Of a DNA stretch of 25,207 nt, positions 23,718 to 25,207 are shown piece after piece; position 1 is the first letter of the stretch, and each line of letters opens with the position of its first letter. The notes under the pieces are model-generated. The model was not told the DNA's origin. It did not search any database and saw only the letters and a list, made by a program, of their open reading frames with translations. This DNA is from Clostridia bacterium (GTDB taxonomy: Bacteria; Bacillota; Clostridia; Oscillospirales; CAG-382): NCBI GenBank assembly GCA_017613815.1, contig JAGADB010000138.1:1-25207 (forward strand). The letters are read 5' to 3'. The position numbers and the translations under genes are program-made.

Positions 23718-24605
23718 TTATCTGTCGGAATGAACGTCAACCTGCGGGAACGGGCACTCTACTCCGAGAGAACGGAAGCCAAGCAAAAGGTCCCGGTTCA
23801 AAAGTCTTGCGCCGGAATAAATATCCTTTTCATCCACGTTGACAACAAATTTCAGCACTACGGCGCTGTCGGCAAGCGCGTCGACTCCGAGGTACTTCGG
23901 CGGCGCCTTGAATATATCCGTACGCTTTTCATAAATTCTTTCCATAAGCGCGGGGATTTCCGATTCCAGCTTTTCCAGGTCTGTAGCGTACGGAACGGAA
24001 ATAACGCTTACGCTGCGGGAAATCTTATCCGAGCGGTTAAGAATGTTCTTCATTGCGGAGTTATTGACGATCTTTACGTTGTCTCCGGGGTCGGTGATAC
24101 AAGTCGTGCGGATTCCGATGCTCGTAACCGTTCCGCGGAAGCCGTCCACCTCGACTATATCGCCGACGTTATACTGATTTTCAAAAATCATAAAAGCGCC
24201 GGTTACCACGTCGGCAATAAGACTTTCGGCGGAAAAACCGACAATCAGCGCGATAATTCCGACGCTTGCAACGATGGTCGAAACGTTAACGCCCAAAATC
24301 GAGAGTCCCCAGCAAAGAATAACTATAAACGCTATGTATTTCAACAGGCTTGCAAGTATCGAAAGAACCGAGCGCAGTCTGTGATTTTTCGGATTCGGAA
24401 GCGTGAGCAAAATCGACAGTATTATTTCCACCGCGATTATCGAAAATGCCATTACAACGACCTTTAACAGAACGGTTAAAGATACGTTGAAGCTGAGTTT
24501 GGAGAAATCGAGCGCTCCGCTGAGAACCCCAATAAGAACGGCAATTCCGAGCACGGCAAGGCTCACGACAAGTTTAATTATTTTTGAAGACGTTTTGTTT
24601 TTCAT
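23718..24605 (-). CDS. mscS: Small-conductance mechanosensitive channel (MscS family)
   Basis: TM helices, IVASVGIIALIVGFSAESLIADVVTG, FENQYNVGDIVEVDGFRGTVTSIGIRTT, VPYATDLE, LGVDALADSAV, PFPQ. SD GAGGAGG. Confidence 0.93.
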   Translation of the reverse strand: MKNKTSSKIIKLVVSLAVLGIAVLIGVLSGALDFSKLSFNVSLTVLLKVVVMAFSIIAVEIILSILLTLPNPKNHRLRSVLSILASLLKYIAFIVILCWGLSILGVNVSTIVASVGIIALIVGFSAESLIADVVTGAFMIFENQYNVGDIVEVDGFRGTVTSIGIRTTCITDPGDNVKIVNNSAMKNILNRSDKISRSVSVISVPYATDLEKLESEIPALMERIYEKRTDIFKAPPKYLGVDALADSAVVLKFVVNVDEKDIYSGARLLNRDLLLGFRSLGVECPFPQVDVHSDR

Positions 24606-24669
24606 TTTTATCCTCCTCGATAAAAAATATTTTAGATTTTATATAAGTGCAATTTATTATTCAATTATT

Positions 24670-25206
24670 TCACAAACAAATTTCCATTCCGTCATACGAC
24701 GTCAAAATGCCCTCTTTTGCCGCCTCGGGAGAAAATTCCTCGTAGGGCACGTTAAGTCCGTTATGCGAAAAGTGATTTGACACGAAAACGGTCTTTTCGT
24801 CGGCTATACCCATTTCCGTCATTCTCTTTTTCATCCCGACGTTTTCAAAAAGGCTCATGTGGCCTATATAATTCATAGGTCTGAGCGCGTTGGTGCAGTC
24901 CATAACGACAAGGTCGAAATGCGGTTTGGTTTTTTCCCAAAATTCCCATATATCGTCGCGCGGGAAATTTGTGTCGAGCGCGTACAGAACGGTTTTTTCG
25001 CCGTCGGTTATCTGATATATTACGGGGCCCGACGTTTCGTCGTGAATTGCGGGGAGCACGGTTACTGTATATTTATCCACGCTTAAAACGTCAAACGCCT
25101 TTACTGTATGAAGGCGGGCTTTTGTGATATCCCCGAGTATCTTTTCAATGCCTTTCCCCGCCTTTTCGGTGGCGTAGAACGTCATTGAATAGTCCGGAGA
25201 TGCAAA
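24670..25206 (-). CDS. MBL-fold metallo-hydrolase, PhnP-like (5'-truncated by the window edge)
   Basis: PAIHD, LYALDT, VMDCT, GHMS, SNHFSHNG, SYDGM. The frame stays open from ATG 25185 to the window end (..FASPDYS), so the true start lies outside the window. Confidence 0.85.
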   Translation of the reverse strand, partial: FASPDYSMTFYATEKAGKGIEKILGDITKARLHTVKAFDVLSVDKYTVTVLPAIHDETSGPVIYQITDGEKTVLYALDTNFPRDDIWEFWEKTKPHFDLVVMDCTNALRPMNYIGHMSLFENVGMKKRMTEMGIADEKTVFVSNHFSHNGLNVPYEEFSPEAAKEGILTSYDGMEICL

Positions 25207-25207
25207 C

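Noticed and set aside
421-24780. Many long antisense or alternate-frame ORFs (e.g. 1000-1764, 9707-10264, 12055-12762, 16670-17323, 18791-19402, 23730-24467)
   Set aside because: They lie wholly within well-supported genes on the other strand or frame, lack SDs and motifs, and are expected from the codon bias of the real genes.

Overview
A 25.2-kb chromosomal housekeeping window from a spore-forming, low/mid-GC Firmicute. The protein families (SpoVAC, Rex, ParB, CinA, DUF6062-like, NdoA-type MazF) suggest Clostridia, probably an uncultured gut-type lineage; this taxonomy is inferred. No rRNA, tRNA, CRISPR array, prophage or transposase is visible. Gene order: a minus-strand parB / 2-TM protein / MORN-repeat membrane protein / TrmH operon; a solitary spoVAC behind a forespore-type promoter; an OGG glycosylase coupled to a multi-CxxC protein; a DUF6062-like gene; rex; an AT-rich intergenic region with a cluster of DnaA-box-like 9-mers; dCMP deaminase / arginine phosphatase / rimI / tsaD; aminotransferase / trpS / TagO-like transferase / secreted-domain protein; a three-gene small-protein operon with a sigmaE-like -10; YfcE-like phosphodiesterase / membrane protein / thiI / cinA / methyltransferase; an orphan mazF; a 5'-nucleotidase lipoprotein coupled to a half-size PQ-loop transporter; a surface protein; mscS; and a truncated MBL hydrolase. 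Four observations stand out. (1) An in-frame UGA at 14186-14188 separates an acidic N-terminal part from a perfectly in-frame hydrophobic tail that the ORF track misses. (2) mazF retains its catalytic residues but has no antitoxin, and is preceded by a 25-codon uORF whose start codon sits in a hairpin. (3) A DnaA-box-like cluster lies far from any dnaA gene but about 3.6 kb from a parA-less parB. (4) The nucleotidase plus SemiSWEET-like pair resembles a NadN/PnuC-type scavenging module. All functional calls come from motif recognition by eye; no database search was run.
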